From positions 14,570,001 to 14,634,000 of the forward strand of contig OZ024758.1 of NCBI GenBank assembly GCA_964016885.1: a stretch of DNA of 64,000 bases, read 5' to 3'. The translations under genes and the position numbers were made by a program. The notes under the pieces are model-generated. The model had not been told where the DNA came from. It saw only the letters and a list, made by a program, of their open reading frames with translations, and made no database searches. This stretch comes from Eledone cirrhosa (lineage: Eukaryota). Below, piece by piece: positions 26,041-38,605 of the stretch. How positions within the stretch are numbered: position 1 is the stretch's first letter; every line of letters begins with the position of its first letter.

Positions 26041-26509
26041 TTGCTTGTCCCCAATTCTGAAAGAAAGGAAGGAAGCTGGCTAGGGTGAGATGAGGTAAGG
26101 TAAGGTGAGGTGAGGTGAAATGAGATTAGGAAGAGGGGGGGCTGGGACGGGACGGGTGGGGTGGGGTGGAGGGGGGTTTCATTATGAAATTGGTACAGTA
26201 TACACCAAATATAGTGAAGAGAAGGGGGTACATGAGTCTGAGCAAGGGTGGTATGATGAATGAAGAGTGGGAGTGGTGGGGGGTGTTGTAGGAAGGGAGG
26301 GTTCTGAGGGATAGGTAAGAGGAAGGAGGTAAGAGGAAGGAGGTAACAACTCCCTTAGTGTGGACCTGTACAAAAACTCTTCACACATTCATTCATATGG
26401 ATTTATTCATTTAGGTCTCTCCTCCACCTGCTCAGCTAAACAACTCCAGAATCTAGCTCTCTAACATAGGCATTCGACCTATTAGAAAGAGCAGTCAAAT
26501 CTCCCTAAA

Positions 26510-27747
26510 CTCTTTACCATTTACATTACTCTCTATATACTATTATATTTTCACAGTAAACACTTTACCTCACATAATTATTTCACATAATATCAAATCT
26601 GTGAGATTTTGATGTTATTTATTTTGAGAACAATACCTTAACATCAGTATGAGTGGCTAGTTATCGCTGGTTTGAACAGAAAGAGGTGAGAGAATTCTGG
26701 CCGCATATGACCAGTTTAACCCTTTAGCGTTCACATTACTCTATATATACTATTGTATTTTCATGGTAAAGGCTTTACTTCACATAATTATCTCACATAA
26801 TATCGAATCTATGAGATTTTGAAAGTATTTATTTTGAGAACAATACCTTAACATTTAGTTTGAGCGACCAGTTACAGCCAGTTTCAACAGACAGAGGGAG
26901 AGAATTCTGGCTGGTTTTGTCTGGTTTGAACATTAAATCGCTTGAAACCCACCCCTGGCCCTATAATACAAAGCTGTTTATTTTAACCCTTTAGCATTTA
27001 CATTACTCTATATTTACTATTGTATTTTTGTGATAAAGGCTTTATCTCACATAATATCGAATCTATGAGATTTTGATGTTATTTATTTTGAGAATAATAC
27101 TTTGATATAAGAATGAGCGGCCGGTTACAGCTGGTTTGAACAAAAAGGTGAGAAAATTCTGTCCAGATATGGCTAAAGGGTTAAAGTATTTATATTTATA
27201 TATAAAAACCTTCCATCATAATTTTATGTACGAACATTTGTTAAGTTATGTTCCAAACATCACATTAATGAGAAAGTTATTTTACTAAATCCCTCAAAAT
27301 GATCTGAAAGTATTTATATTTATATATATTTAACGTCCACTGCTAGCGTGGAAAGTGGACGTTAAATGAGGATGATGATGATAAAACCTTCCATCATAAT
27401 TTCATGTATGAACCTTTGTTAAGCTATGTTCCCAACATCAAACTAATAATGAGAAAATTATATTACTAAATCTTCAAAATAATTTTAGGTACAAATCTCT
27501 GTTGAGTTATGTTCCAAACATCACATTAATAATGAAAGTTATATTACTAAATCCCTCAAAATGATTTGAAAGTATTTATTTATACTTATATATAAAAACC
27601 TTCCATCATAATTTTATGTATGAACCTTTGTTAAGTTATGTTCCAAACATCAAATTAATGAGAAAATTATATTACTAAATCCCTGAAAAGGATTTGCAAA
27701 TCATTGGCAGTGTCTTTTATTAGAAATATAGGTCACGAAAGGTTTAA
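26510..27747 (+). mobile_element. Nested piggyBac-type MITE cluster (A, B, C with A, internally triplicated C)
   Basis: TTAA at 26716, 26983 and 27181; AAAACCTTCCATCATAATT recurs three times. Confidence 0.8.
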
Positions 27748-28426
27748 TCTTTTTGCAACAACATTTCTAATGAGTTACACTGCCAATATGTTTCAATTAA
27801 TTTTGAACATAATAAAAAGACATTCAGAAGGATTTGGTAAAATAAGTGACTTCTTCATTATATAATTACTTCATGATATAATTCTCCTTGCATACTTTTC
27901 GTTATATCTCAAGAGAATGTCTTCACACACTATTGTTATATTCTATTTTCTAAAGGCGATATTTGGTCATAATTTTTTTTTCTAATATTTACTTCTGTGT
28001 CCATGGATTGATATTTCTCAGTTTCAAAAGATCCTGCTTTAGGGTAGAAGCAGAAATTGTTTGCTTAAACTTTTAATCTGTGCTAATAATAGATAATTAG
28101 TGTGTATATAAGGATTGGGAGGACCCTCAGTTGTGTCAAAGGCATGACAACCTCTCCTGTGCACTCGGTGGAACATGAGACCGTCCATAAGCGAGACACA
28201 GATCCCTGGCCTGCCTGGGAGATCAGTGGCTCCACTTCAGTACTGACTTGGTCTGTTTGGTCCCATCCATTCCTTGCTGGCAGGGAAAGCAGACATTAAA
28301 ATGATGACGGTGATATATATATATATATATATAGTAATAATAGTAATAATAATAAAATTGAAGACTAAAATCCAAAGAGGGCTCGATAAGGAAAATATAT
28401 ATCAAATATATAAGAACCGTAGAGCA

Positions 28427-28573
28427 AATATTTATTAAAATAACAGATTAAAGTTTAAGCAAAGAATCGCTGCTTTGACCCTTAACGGGATCTTCTGAAA
28501 CTCAGAAAATCCCGTTAAGGGTGAAAGCAGCGATTCTTTGCTTAAACTTTAATCTGTTATTTTAATAAATATA
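28427..28573. repeat. ~70-bp-arm palindrome of a Penelope-like terminal repeat
   Basis: TATTTATTAAAATAACAGATTAAAGTTTAAGC... followed by its reverse complement; third diverged copy at 28018-28085. Confidence 0.8.
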
Positions 28574-28584
28574 TATACACACAC

Positions 28585-28646
<62 letters not shown>

Positions 28647-29689
28647 CCTATAAGTTTGTTTGGCAATCAAATAGTTACAGGTTTGATTCACTGAACAGCA
28701 CACCTTAGATAAGTGTCTTCTACCATAGCCATGGATTGACTGAAGAAATGAAAGTGTAATTGCCCCTTAGTTCTACAATACAAAACTGTTTATCTTAAAG
28801 TGTTTATATTTATCTAAAAAAAAAACCTTACATCATAATTTTATGTAAGAACCTTTGTTAAGTTATTTTCCAAACATCAGCTTAATATTGAGAAAGTTTG
28901 ATGTATCATTAAATCCCTCCAAATTCTTGATTATTTTCAAAATGATTTGAAAAGCATGGCCAGTATAATTCGTCAGAAATATAAATATGGCAACAAATGG
29001 TTTAAATAAAGAAAGAACACATTAGATAATGTAATCCTAAACATACCAAAGAAAAGGTGGAATAAGGGTCCATTGTTGGTATGTTTTAAATCTTAAGTCT
29101 GCTCTGATCATACTTGACACGGGCTCCCAACGTGAGGCACACACCCCACAGGGGAGCAATTTGAATATTCAAGGAGGTAAGTTTGAAAATGATGTTAATG
29201 AGAGCAAACTTCAGGTTTTACTTTATTACTTTTACACCAAGGCAACTTTGGAAGAAATTACTGTCGGAAACTCCTGTCTCACCTCTACACATGTTAATGT
29301 GCATCTGGCATCACCCATGCGCCAATTTGTTTACATTTCGTTGTTAGTTGATCATCCCTGTTTTTATATCAAAGTGGGGCATTAAAATATTTGAGATAGT
29401 TGGGGTGGGACAGGGGGCACAAAAGGCTGGAAACCACTAATATAGAGGATCTACACAAAAACACAACCACCCACCCCTAAACTTTTGACATAATTTATTA
29501 CTCCCCTACACCCACCTTTCTTTCATAAAATATCAGAATGCCAGTTTTTGTATCTAAATAAATAAAAATAAAATACATGAAAAAAAAGGGATCAATATTT
29601 TTATTTTTATTTTCTAATAGAATAAAATTACACCACCTGGGGGTCAGCCATAGATTTCTGACGTTAATAAAACAACAATAAAAACAATA

Positions 29690-30652
29690 ATAATTGTTTC
29701 TACTTTTGGCACAAGGCCAGCAATTAACCTCAATACATTACTGGTTCTTTATTTTAATAATAATGGTTTTAATAATAATTATTTCTACTTTTGGCACAAG
29801 GCCAGCAATTATCCCAGTGCATTACTGGTACTTTATTTTATCGACCCCGTAAGGATGAAAGGCAAAGTTAACCTCGACGGGATTTGAACTCAGAATGGCA
29901 AGGGCCGTAACTCTTTGCGTCAAAGCATGGCGTCCGACTCTCTACCGATACTGCCAATCCACATGGTTTCTTATATAGGCACTAGGCCATCAATTTTGGG
30001 AGAGGGGAAAGTCGATTAAATCGACCCCAGTACGTTACTGGTGCTTTATTTTATGGACACCGTAAGGACGAAAGGCGAAGCTAACTTCGGCTGAATTTGA
30101 AATCAGAAAGTAAAGGGCCATAACTCTATACTGCAAACATGGAGCCTGACGCTCCACTGACACTGCCAATCTAACAATAATAATGAAATAATTGTTTCTA
30201 CTTTTGGCACAAGGCCAACAATCACTCAGTACATTACTGGTACTTTATTTTATCGACCCCGTAAGGATGAAAGGGAAAGTCAACCTCGACGGGATTTGAA
30301 CTCAGACCCTAAAGGGCCGTCGCCCAATAATAATGAAATAATTGTTTCTACTTTTGGCACAAGGCCATCGATTATCCAGTGCATTACTGGTACTTTATTT
30401 TATCGACCCCGTAAGGATGAAAGGGAAAGTCAACCTCGACGGGATTTGAACTCAGACCGTAAAGGGCCGTCGCCCAATAATAATGAAATATTTGTTTCTA
30501 CTTTTGGCACAAGGCCAGCAATAATCCAGTACATTACTGGTACTTTATTTTATCGACCCCGTAAGGATGAAAGGGAAAGTTAACCTCGGCGGGATTTGAA
30601 CTCAGAATGGCAAGGGCCGTAACTCTATACGTCAAAGCATGGCGTCCGACCC
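29690..30652 (-). mobile_element. Cluster of Meta-domain-like SINEs including a 150-bp tandem triplication
   Basis: AATAATAATGAAATA(A/T)TTGTTTCTAC at 30176, 30326 and 30476; further copies at 29771-29962 and 29965-30171. Confidence 0.85.
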
Positions 30653-31109
30653 TATGAAATCATAATATTATAATATGATATAATGATGATAATGATGACG
30701 ATATTTATAAAAATAAAAATTGAGACAACAATGCACTGGTTTGGTTGAGTCAGAAGCTTAAATAATTCGAAAATGAATGCATCCTCTTTGTTAATCATTT
30801 GTGAAGCCGAACATTTTTTCCCCTCAGTCACTTAACTTTGGTTTCAAGGAGTACTTTCAAACTTCTGGTACTTTCGCTGAAGGGATTTCTCTTCTTTCTT
30901 CTGTATTTTTGGGGGGTTTTACTACATTTTTTTAGTTCTTTGTGGCTCCGGCATTTTTTGGCACAATCATTGATTGTGTGTTGTATGTAGAGATGATGGA
31001 ATTGGTGTTTCGTGGTGGCAGTAGTGGTGTTGTGATGGTGGAGGTGTGGTGCTCATGGTGGTGGTAATGGTGTTGTGATGGTGGTGGTGTGGTGACATAG
31101 ATATTTGTT

Positions 31110-31343
31110 TTATATATATATATATATAAATATAAATATATATATATATATTAATAAATATATATATATATATTATTTATTATATGAGAGCAAGTATGGA
31201 TGATAGTAGTATGAATTTATTATACACACATGCATATATATATATAGACACACATACACATATATACGCACACATATATACACACATCTAAATATATACA
31301 TACACATATATCTATATATATACACACACACACACATACACAC

Positions 31344-31384
<41 letters not shown>

Positions 31385-31853
31385 TATACACACACATATA
31401 TATATATATACACATATATATACACACACACATATATATATATACACATATATATACACACACATATACACACACATATATATATATACACACATATATA
31501 TATATATACACATATATATACACACATATATATATATATATATACACATATATATATACACACATATATATACATATATACACATATATATATACACACA
31601 CACATATACACACACATATATATACACACATATATATACACACATATATATATACATTTATATATACACATACACATATATATATATACATTTATATATA
31701 CACATATATATATACATTTATATACACACATATATATATATACACATATATATATACACACACACATATACACACACACATATATACACACACACACATA
31801 TATACACACACATATATACACACACACACATATATACACACACACACATATAT

Positions 31854-31884
<31 letters not shown>

Positions 31885-32011
31885 GGGAAAGATTCAGAAC
31901 CCCAACGCCTGAACTCTGGTGGTAATGTTAGAGAGCACGTAGGCCATCAGCATGGAGAATGACAGTGTATAGAGGTAGGTGTGCTGAAATGCACTTGTCA
32001 AAATGTATGTA

Positions 32012-32045
<34 letters not shown>

Positions 32046-32533
32046 ACACAATACATTGTTGAGTGCTTTTAACCTATTGTAAAACTGTATTCATTGAGTA
32101 ATCAATATATATATATATGTGTGTGTAGTTATGTAATAAACAACATAAGGCAATTATTTCATTTACCAGTGGTTTCTTAAAAGCAAAAAAATGTTGCTTT
32201 CAATCATCAGAATGAAAAAATCCTGGCGTATTTATTGACGTTGGATTTTAAAAACAAAAATGCAATCTATATGAAAGTGAGGCTGGAAAAGGAAGAAGGA
32301 AAGGAAAAATAAAATAAAAACACACATGCAAACACACACACACAATTATATACATACACATATATATATATAATATATAAGATCAAAAGATGGTTAAAAG
32401 AGTTCCATGTATTTTATTATGCGCATTTCAAAAACAAATATCATCATGCAATAATATTTGTGTTTTCATCAGATAAAATAGGAAGACATGATATGAAGGT
32501 TAAAAAACACTTGTGGATAGTGCAGTTTTGAAT

Positions 32534-32574
<41 letters not shown>

Positions 32575-32930
32575 CACACATACACACACACATATATATA
32601 TATATACATACACACACACATATATATATATATACATACACACACATATACACACACATCATATATATATATATACATACACACATACATATACACACAT
32701 CATATATATATATACATACACACATACATACACACACACATATACACACACACACACATATATGTGTATATATATATATATACATACACATACACACACA
32801 AATATCAACATATCCATACATACACACAAATATCAACATATCCATACATACACATACATATATACAACCACACACATATATATATATACACATACATATA
32901 CATACACACATACATATACATACATATTGT
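31110..32930. repeat. (TA)n/(CA)n compound microsatellites
   Basis: Direct inspection. Confidence 0.9.
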
Positions 32931-33204
32931 ATATGTACGTAGTTATCTATTTATTTCTTCTTCCCATCACACCTTCTCTCTCTTTTCAACTTCTCATATT
33001 TCTTCATATCTTTCTATTATTCTTAGTATGGCCACCAACCACTTGGATTGGTGCATGACCAACCGACCAACTATTCTTACTCATTAGTAAAATCTTCAGG
33101 AAAAGTACTTACTCACCATTATCAAACTACATAGCTTTCTAACTTATTCATGTCTTTATTTATAAGATGTTTATCCCACACCACCCCCATCCACAATATC
33201 GTCC

Positions 33205-33480
33205 AGCATATATATATTGTGTGTGTGTGCATAGAACAATTGAAAAAATGGAAATCAGGCGTAGGTAGTTAGTTAGTATAGGGTGCCCCCCCCCCCCTAT
33301 ATATATTGTGTGTGTGCATAGAACAATTGAAAAAATGGAAATCAGGCGTAGGTAGTTAGTTAGTATAGGGTGCCCCCCCCCCCCCCCCATATATATATTG
33401 TGTGTGTGCATAGAACAATTGAAAAAATGGAAATCAGGCGTAGGTAGTTAGTTAGTATAGGGTGTTCCCCCCCCCCCCAA
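33205..33480. repeat. ~90-bp tandem triplication ending in the left TIR of a mini-MITE
   Basis: GCATAGAACAATTGAAAAAATGGAAATCAGGCGTAGG...TAGGGTG-poly(C) x3. Confidence 0.85.
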
Positions 33481-34467
33481 AAAAAAAATGTATACACACT
33501 TTGAATACCTGTACAGACAATATTTATCAGAAGGCTGTTGAAGTGTATATACATTTTTGTAGACATGCTGTATATGTGTGTGTATATATATATAAATATA
33601 TATATAGTATAAAAGAGAAAACACAGGTAAGCATTAAGAGAAGGATTTTATCCAGGTATTTATATCCTTCTCTTAATGCTTACCTGTGTTTTCTCTTTTA
33701 TACTTTAAGATTGAACGGAATTCTTACAAACTTGTGGAGTTACCCCTAACCGTACGTTGAAACCATCCATGAAACTGGCTTTCTTAACCACGAACTGGAT
33801 CACAAAAAGCAATTTTCTGCTTCCCTAACTAAATATATATATATATATATACATACACGTGTAAGTGTGTTTCCTTCATTTTGGATAGCTAACATAACAT
33901 TTCTATTATTATTCTCTCAAATCACCTTTAGCTAATATTCCTTAGCTACTCGTTGATTAAATGAAGGTTCCAGAATACACTCTAGAAAATGTATGAGTAT
34001 ATAAATATAAACGCGCAAACACATACACACTTATAAAAGTACACACTCACAGACATTCATTCACACAGACACACATACATACATTTACACACACATACAC
34101 ACGCACATACATTTACACACACATACATTTACACATACACACATCGTAGTTTTTTTGCCACGCCCTTCCTTCCTTTTACACACATACATACACGCAGGCA
34201 GCAGACGTTAAAAGAGAGGAGTAGTATGAGGTAATCAAACTACTACTCTCTTTTTACGTGTTGTGACAGAATCGCAGAAATTTATTTATAGATTTGACCA
34301 TATAACGGATAAACTGACGAGTTTAATTATATTTCCCCAATAGAACAAGAATCAAATGAACCCCAGTTATTCATAAAAGAGAGGGCATCTAACTACAAAT
34401 GACATTTCAAATTATTTATAATTCTTACAGAATGAAAATATATACACAAATAATATATATATATAAT

Positions 34468-34501
<34 letters not shown>

Positions 34502-34685
34502 CAATACTTAATTACATAAATATTTCACATTAAATTATAACTTATAAATTCAAAACGAAAGAAAATATATTATGTAATCGTGATGTTTCACCTAAAAATA
34601 GAATTCATGGAACCTCATAAATATAATAAACAAAAATATAGAATCAAAACGAAAAAAAAATACCCCATCAATTCAATACTTGGTG

Positions 34686-35130
34686 TGTCAATTGATCACA
34701 CATCACAAGGGTCATCGGAAGTTTTTGAGGTAAGCCAACACACTAGCAGCCAGTGCCGGATTTAAGACAAATGAGGCCCTGTGCTAGTTAAGTTATAAGG
34801 CCCTGTTCTAATTATGTTATAAACATTTGAAAAATTCATCGTAAAAAAATTGTTTGGCAGGAAGATGGGCCCCTTGGCTAACGGGACTCTGTGCTTAAGC
34901 ACACCTAAGCATAATGGTAAATCCAACACTGCTCGCAGCATTACCGCGAGTGATGGCGAGGCTGAAGGCGCTGAAACAGCCAAGCACCCTCACAGGCATC
35001 AGCTGACACCTCGGTAAGGCGAACCGCTAAGGATGACAAGAAGTTTGTTGTCAGTGACCCAGCTCCACCAAACGTCTCGAACACCACAGATTGGAAAAAA
35101 ATAGTTTGTCGATAATTCCTGGTATTTTAG
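34686..35130 (-). mobile_element. CRE-like (restriction-like endonuclease) non-LTR retrotransposon 3' fragment
   Basis: Minus translation KYQELSTNYFF/QSVVFETFGGAGSLTTNFLSSLAVRLTEVSADACEGAWLFQRL/SLAITRGNAASVLA fits the KY..L...Y.F.P...ET.G ... QRLS.AI.RGNA..V pattern. Confidence 0.75.
34751..34931. mobile_element. hAT-type MITE inserted in the CRE-like fragment
   Basis: TIRs CAGTGCCGGATTTA / TAAATCCAACACTG; TSD CTAGCAGC / CTCGCAGC. Confidence 0.8.
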
Positions 35131-35132
35131 GG

Positions 35133-35400
35133 TTTTATTCCGTTCGGTTATGGAATCAAAGACCTGTGGTGTTCGACAGGTTTGAGGGAACTGACAGCGA
35201 AGTTCTTGTCATTAACGACTCGCCATACCGAGGTATCAGCTGATGCCCGTGAAGGTACTTGGTTATTACAGCGCCTTAGTCTCGCCATCACCCGCGGTAA
35301 TGCTACCAATGTGTTGGTTTTCCCCCCTAAAATATTATAGGGAGGCTCCGGCACCCCTTATGGTGTGTAATCGATTGACAACTGCCGTATAAAATAAAAT
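35133..35400 (+). mobile_element. Second CRE-like 3' fragment, opposite orientation
   Basis: Frame LTAKFLSLTTRHTEVSADAREGTWLLQRLSLAITRGNATNVL; 3'UTR CCCTTATGGTGTGTAATCGATTGACA matches the other copy. Confidence 0.75.
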
Positions 35401-35488
35401 GAAAATGGACGGTACCTGACTGATCTGTGTATGTAAATCCCGAATGGTTTATATTTGTATATCCCGAAAGGAATTATCTCAACATGAG

Positions 35489-35833
35489 TAATGGTTCCCA
35501 AAGTGGGTTCCGCAAAGGAGTGTCTGGGGCTCCGTGAAAAAAATAGGAGTATACAGTGAAAATCCGTTATAACGAAATTCACTGATTATTTTTAAAACAT
35601 TCGTTGTAACGAAAAGTTCTTAATAACGAGATCGACCTAACACATCGAACGTGTGGCCAGGGGTTGAAAAAAATGTTCGTTGTACTGAAAAAAAATCGTT
35701 ATAATGGTATTCGTTATAACGGAATTTTACCTGTATTTATATTACGACCATATAACAGTATTAGACTTTGGGGTTCCCGAAAAAGTTTCTGAACCAAAAA
35801 GGGTTCCGTATTTGAAAAAGTTTGGACACCCTG
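35489..35833. mobile_element. hAT MITE (family of 4008-4157) carrying a nested pogo-type MITE
   Basis: Reverse homology to 4008-4157 on both sides of the insert. Confidence 0.75.
35554..35733. mobile_element. pogo/Tigger-type MITE with TA TSD
   Basis: TA-CAGTGAAAATCCGTTATAACGAA ... TTCGTTATAACGGAATTTTACCTG-TA. Confidence 0.85.
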
Positions 35834-37024
35834 GGCTAGAGTAGTGGTTTTCAATGTCTCCCATGAAGCTGTTCAATTGAATATGGGTTGAGCTAGTAAT
35901 TCATAATATTACTGAGAGTTCCTTGTCTTTGTAGGTCTTCACCAACACAGGCTTCTCCTATCAACAAGAACATCTTTCAATTATCTCCGTTGACATAATA
36001 TCTTGTCAGCTAGAAATATTACCTCCATGATCCACTGGTAATATTATGTGACAGGAACCTGTGCCTTATTTTTACCTTTGCAAGTCTTCAGGCGCTCATG
36101 GGTAATGTGGAAACTTATTGAATGATCTTAAGGTTTTGTTAATTAAAAAATTATGTCGCTGGTGATTTTAAATAATTTGTTTTAATATACTTGTGCTTTG
36201 GTTTTTACTACACTGAATTTCTATTGACTCTAAATATGTTAGTATGAACATGGTTTCTTTCTTTGTATAGTATTGGTGATATAAACCGTGAGCTAATAAT
36301 AATAATACACATATATTGTATATATACTTAAGTCCTTCCAATTTCAAAACTTTGGCGTAAGCTCTACATCATTACTGACAAGTTGGTGACTATCTGAGTT
36401 AGCGGGTACTTGTCCAATATTAGGAAAGCATTCGCCTCACCAGGCAGAACATTTAAGGACATCCTCCTGGTATTATTTACCGCATGAATAAAATTTGAAT
36501 AAAACCAGTCAAAAAAGATATGCTTGCTCGATTACGATTACTTGGAATGATAATAATCCACAGTTAGTTGGTGTATTATGTTTGTTTTTTTTTTAAACCG
36601 CCATTAACATTAAATTATGTATATCGTAACGCACCACCGAAAAATATTACTTACTAATTTATGGAGGATTTGAACCGTTGACAACAAAGGGTTTTGTTGT
36701 TATTATGTCTTCCTGAAGTTTCTTAAGATGCTGGGCTATTCTATCACCCATAACAATGCCAGGAGTGTTGTAGGTTGCCTCTATTGTTTTAACGCGGACA
36801 CCATTTCTTAATGAATGTAAATGACGACTCTCTTTTTTTTTTTTTTTCGTTTCTCTTCCTTCTGTCCCTTTTCTATTGATTTGTTCATTTGACAAATCAT
36901 AAACATTATATAATTCAATAATTTCGCTGTTACGTATGTTATTAAATAACTTTGTATTAAACAAAAATTACAACCAATTTGGGTACTCCGATATCTTGAC
37001 GGCCATTACAACACAACGTTAGCC

Positions 37025-37410
37025 ACAGATTAACAGTATCGGTAGAGCGTCGGACAACATGCTACGTAGCATAGAGTTACGTCCCTTTGCATTCTGAGTT
37101 CAAATCTCGCTAAGGTTAGCTTTGTCTTTCATCCTTATGGGGTCGATAATATAAAGTACTAGTAATGCACTGGGGTCGATTTAATCGACTTTCCCCTTCC
37201 CTGCAGTATCGGTAGAGCGTCGGACAACATGCTTCGTAGCTTAGAGTTACGGTCCTTTACGTTCTGAGTTCAAATCCTACCAAGGTTAGCTTTGCCTTTC
37301 ATCCTTACGGAGTCGCTAAAATAAAGTACCAGTAATGCCCTGGGTCGATTTAATCGTCTTTCCCCTTCCCTTCAAATTGTTGGCCTTGTGCCTAATGTAG
37401 AAATAATTAT
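37025..37410 (+). mobile_element. Tandem dimer of Meta-domain-like SINE
   Basis: CAGTATCGGTAGAGCGTCGGACAACATGCT at ~37034 and ~37204. Confidence 0.85.
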
Positions 37411-37887
37411 ACAAGTGAAACAATTTGGAGCTTTTCAGACTTAAAACTTTTAGCTTTTTCCTGGATGCTTGATTTCCTCAGCTGGTTCACCATGAATAAT
37501 TTTATAACTCATTTATGGCGATTTCTAATTCATATTAACCATTCACCATTAAAGCAACAAATCGGCAGAGTCGTTAGAAAGTCAGATAAAATAATTTGCG
37601 GCATTGGTTCTGGCTATCTGCTCTCTCCAATATCAATTCGGCCTTTCCTCCTTAATGTTTAATAGAGAGGAATATAAAAACGAATAAGAAAAATTATAAG
37701 TTATAGATAGATAGAAAAAAAACAGAGGAGGTAGTGAAAAAAAAAGATGATTTTAAAAGCTGTTTATTGGGGTGTAAAGAGCTCGAATGAAAGGACCTTA
37801 TGGTTGTGAAAGGAACCACTTAACTATTTGGCCATGCTACGTCCATTAATACACATGCACACACATAGCTACCTATGTTCACATATG

Positions 37888-38061
37888 CAGACCTGTCAAC
37901 TCTCCCCATCAAATTTGGGGTGGGTGAGAGATGTCTTCTCTTGTGAAAATGGGTATAGCTTTCATTATGAAAAAATCTTCCCATTTTGCCTCATTTCTCC
38001 TCACTTTGAGGCACTTTTTTATGGTACTCCCCGTTTGGGATTTTAAAGGTTGGCAGGTCTG
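37888..38061. mobile_element. Unclassified MITE
   Basis: TIRs CAGACCTGTCAAC / GTTGGCAGGTCTG; flanks CATATG / CATTTG. Confidence 0.6.
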
Positions 38062-38071
38062 CATTTGCATG

Positions 38072-38111
<40 letters not shown>

Positions 38112-38565
38112 GATATTTCCTACATCACTTGACAGCTGTGTTCACAAGATTAAATAGTAATCACAATATTCTACAAAACTAGAAGGAAGAAGAAAAAAAA
38201 CCCTATATAATCCACCTAAATAGCAAATATAACAAACATTACAATCATCATCATCAACAGCAATAATTACAACTTTAGGGACAGCTGGAAGCATCTGCTA
38301 GGCATATCTTCTCTTCAACTTCCTTTCATTTGATATCAGTACCAAGACACTAGCTGACTAATTAGTACCACCAAAACTACACTTTGGTGGTACACTAACT
38401 GATGGAGTTATAGTCATATATGCCCAGCCTGGCCCTATAACCCACTATCCTTTTTATTTTCCTTTTTATTTTTATTTTTTTTACTTCCTATTTTTTTAAC
38501 TTTTTAATCTCCCCCCTTAATCCTCCCTTACTCCTTCTCGGAGTTTCTGTTTTTCCCCTCTCTGA

Positions 38566-38605
38566 ACTTTCCTGATGAACGACTTCTGTCCGAAACGTCA
38601 AAACT
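38566..38605 (+). ncRNA. Minimal type I hammerhead-like motif (degenerate) in a Penelope-like repeat
   Basis: CTGATGA-AC-GAC-TTCT-GTC-C-GAAA-CGTC; weak stem I; downstream flank homologous to the 44225 copy. Confidence 0.45.

Noticed and set aside
35955-36040. Minus frame ending EIIERCSC*, reminiscent of a TGF-beta C-terminus
   Set aside because: In-frame stops just upstream and no other conserved cysteines
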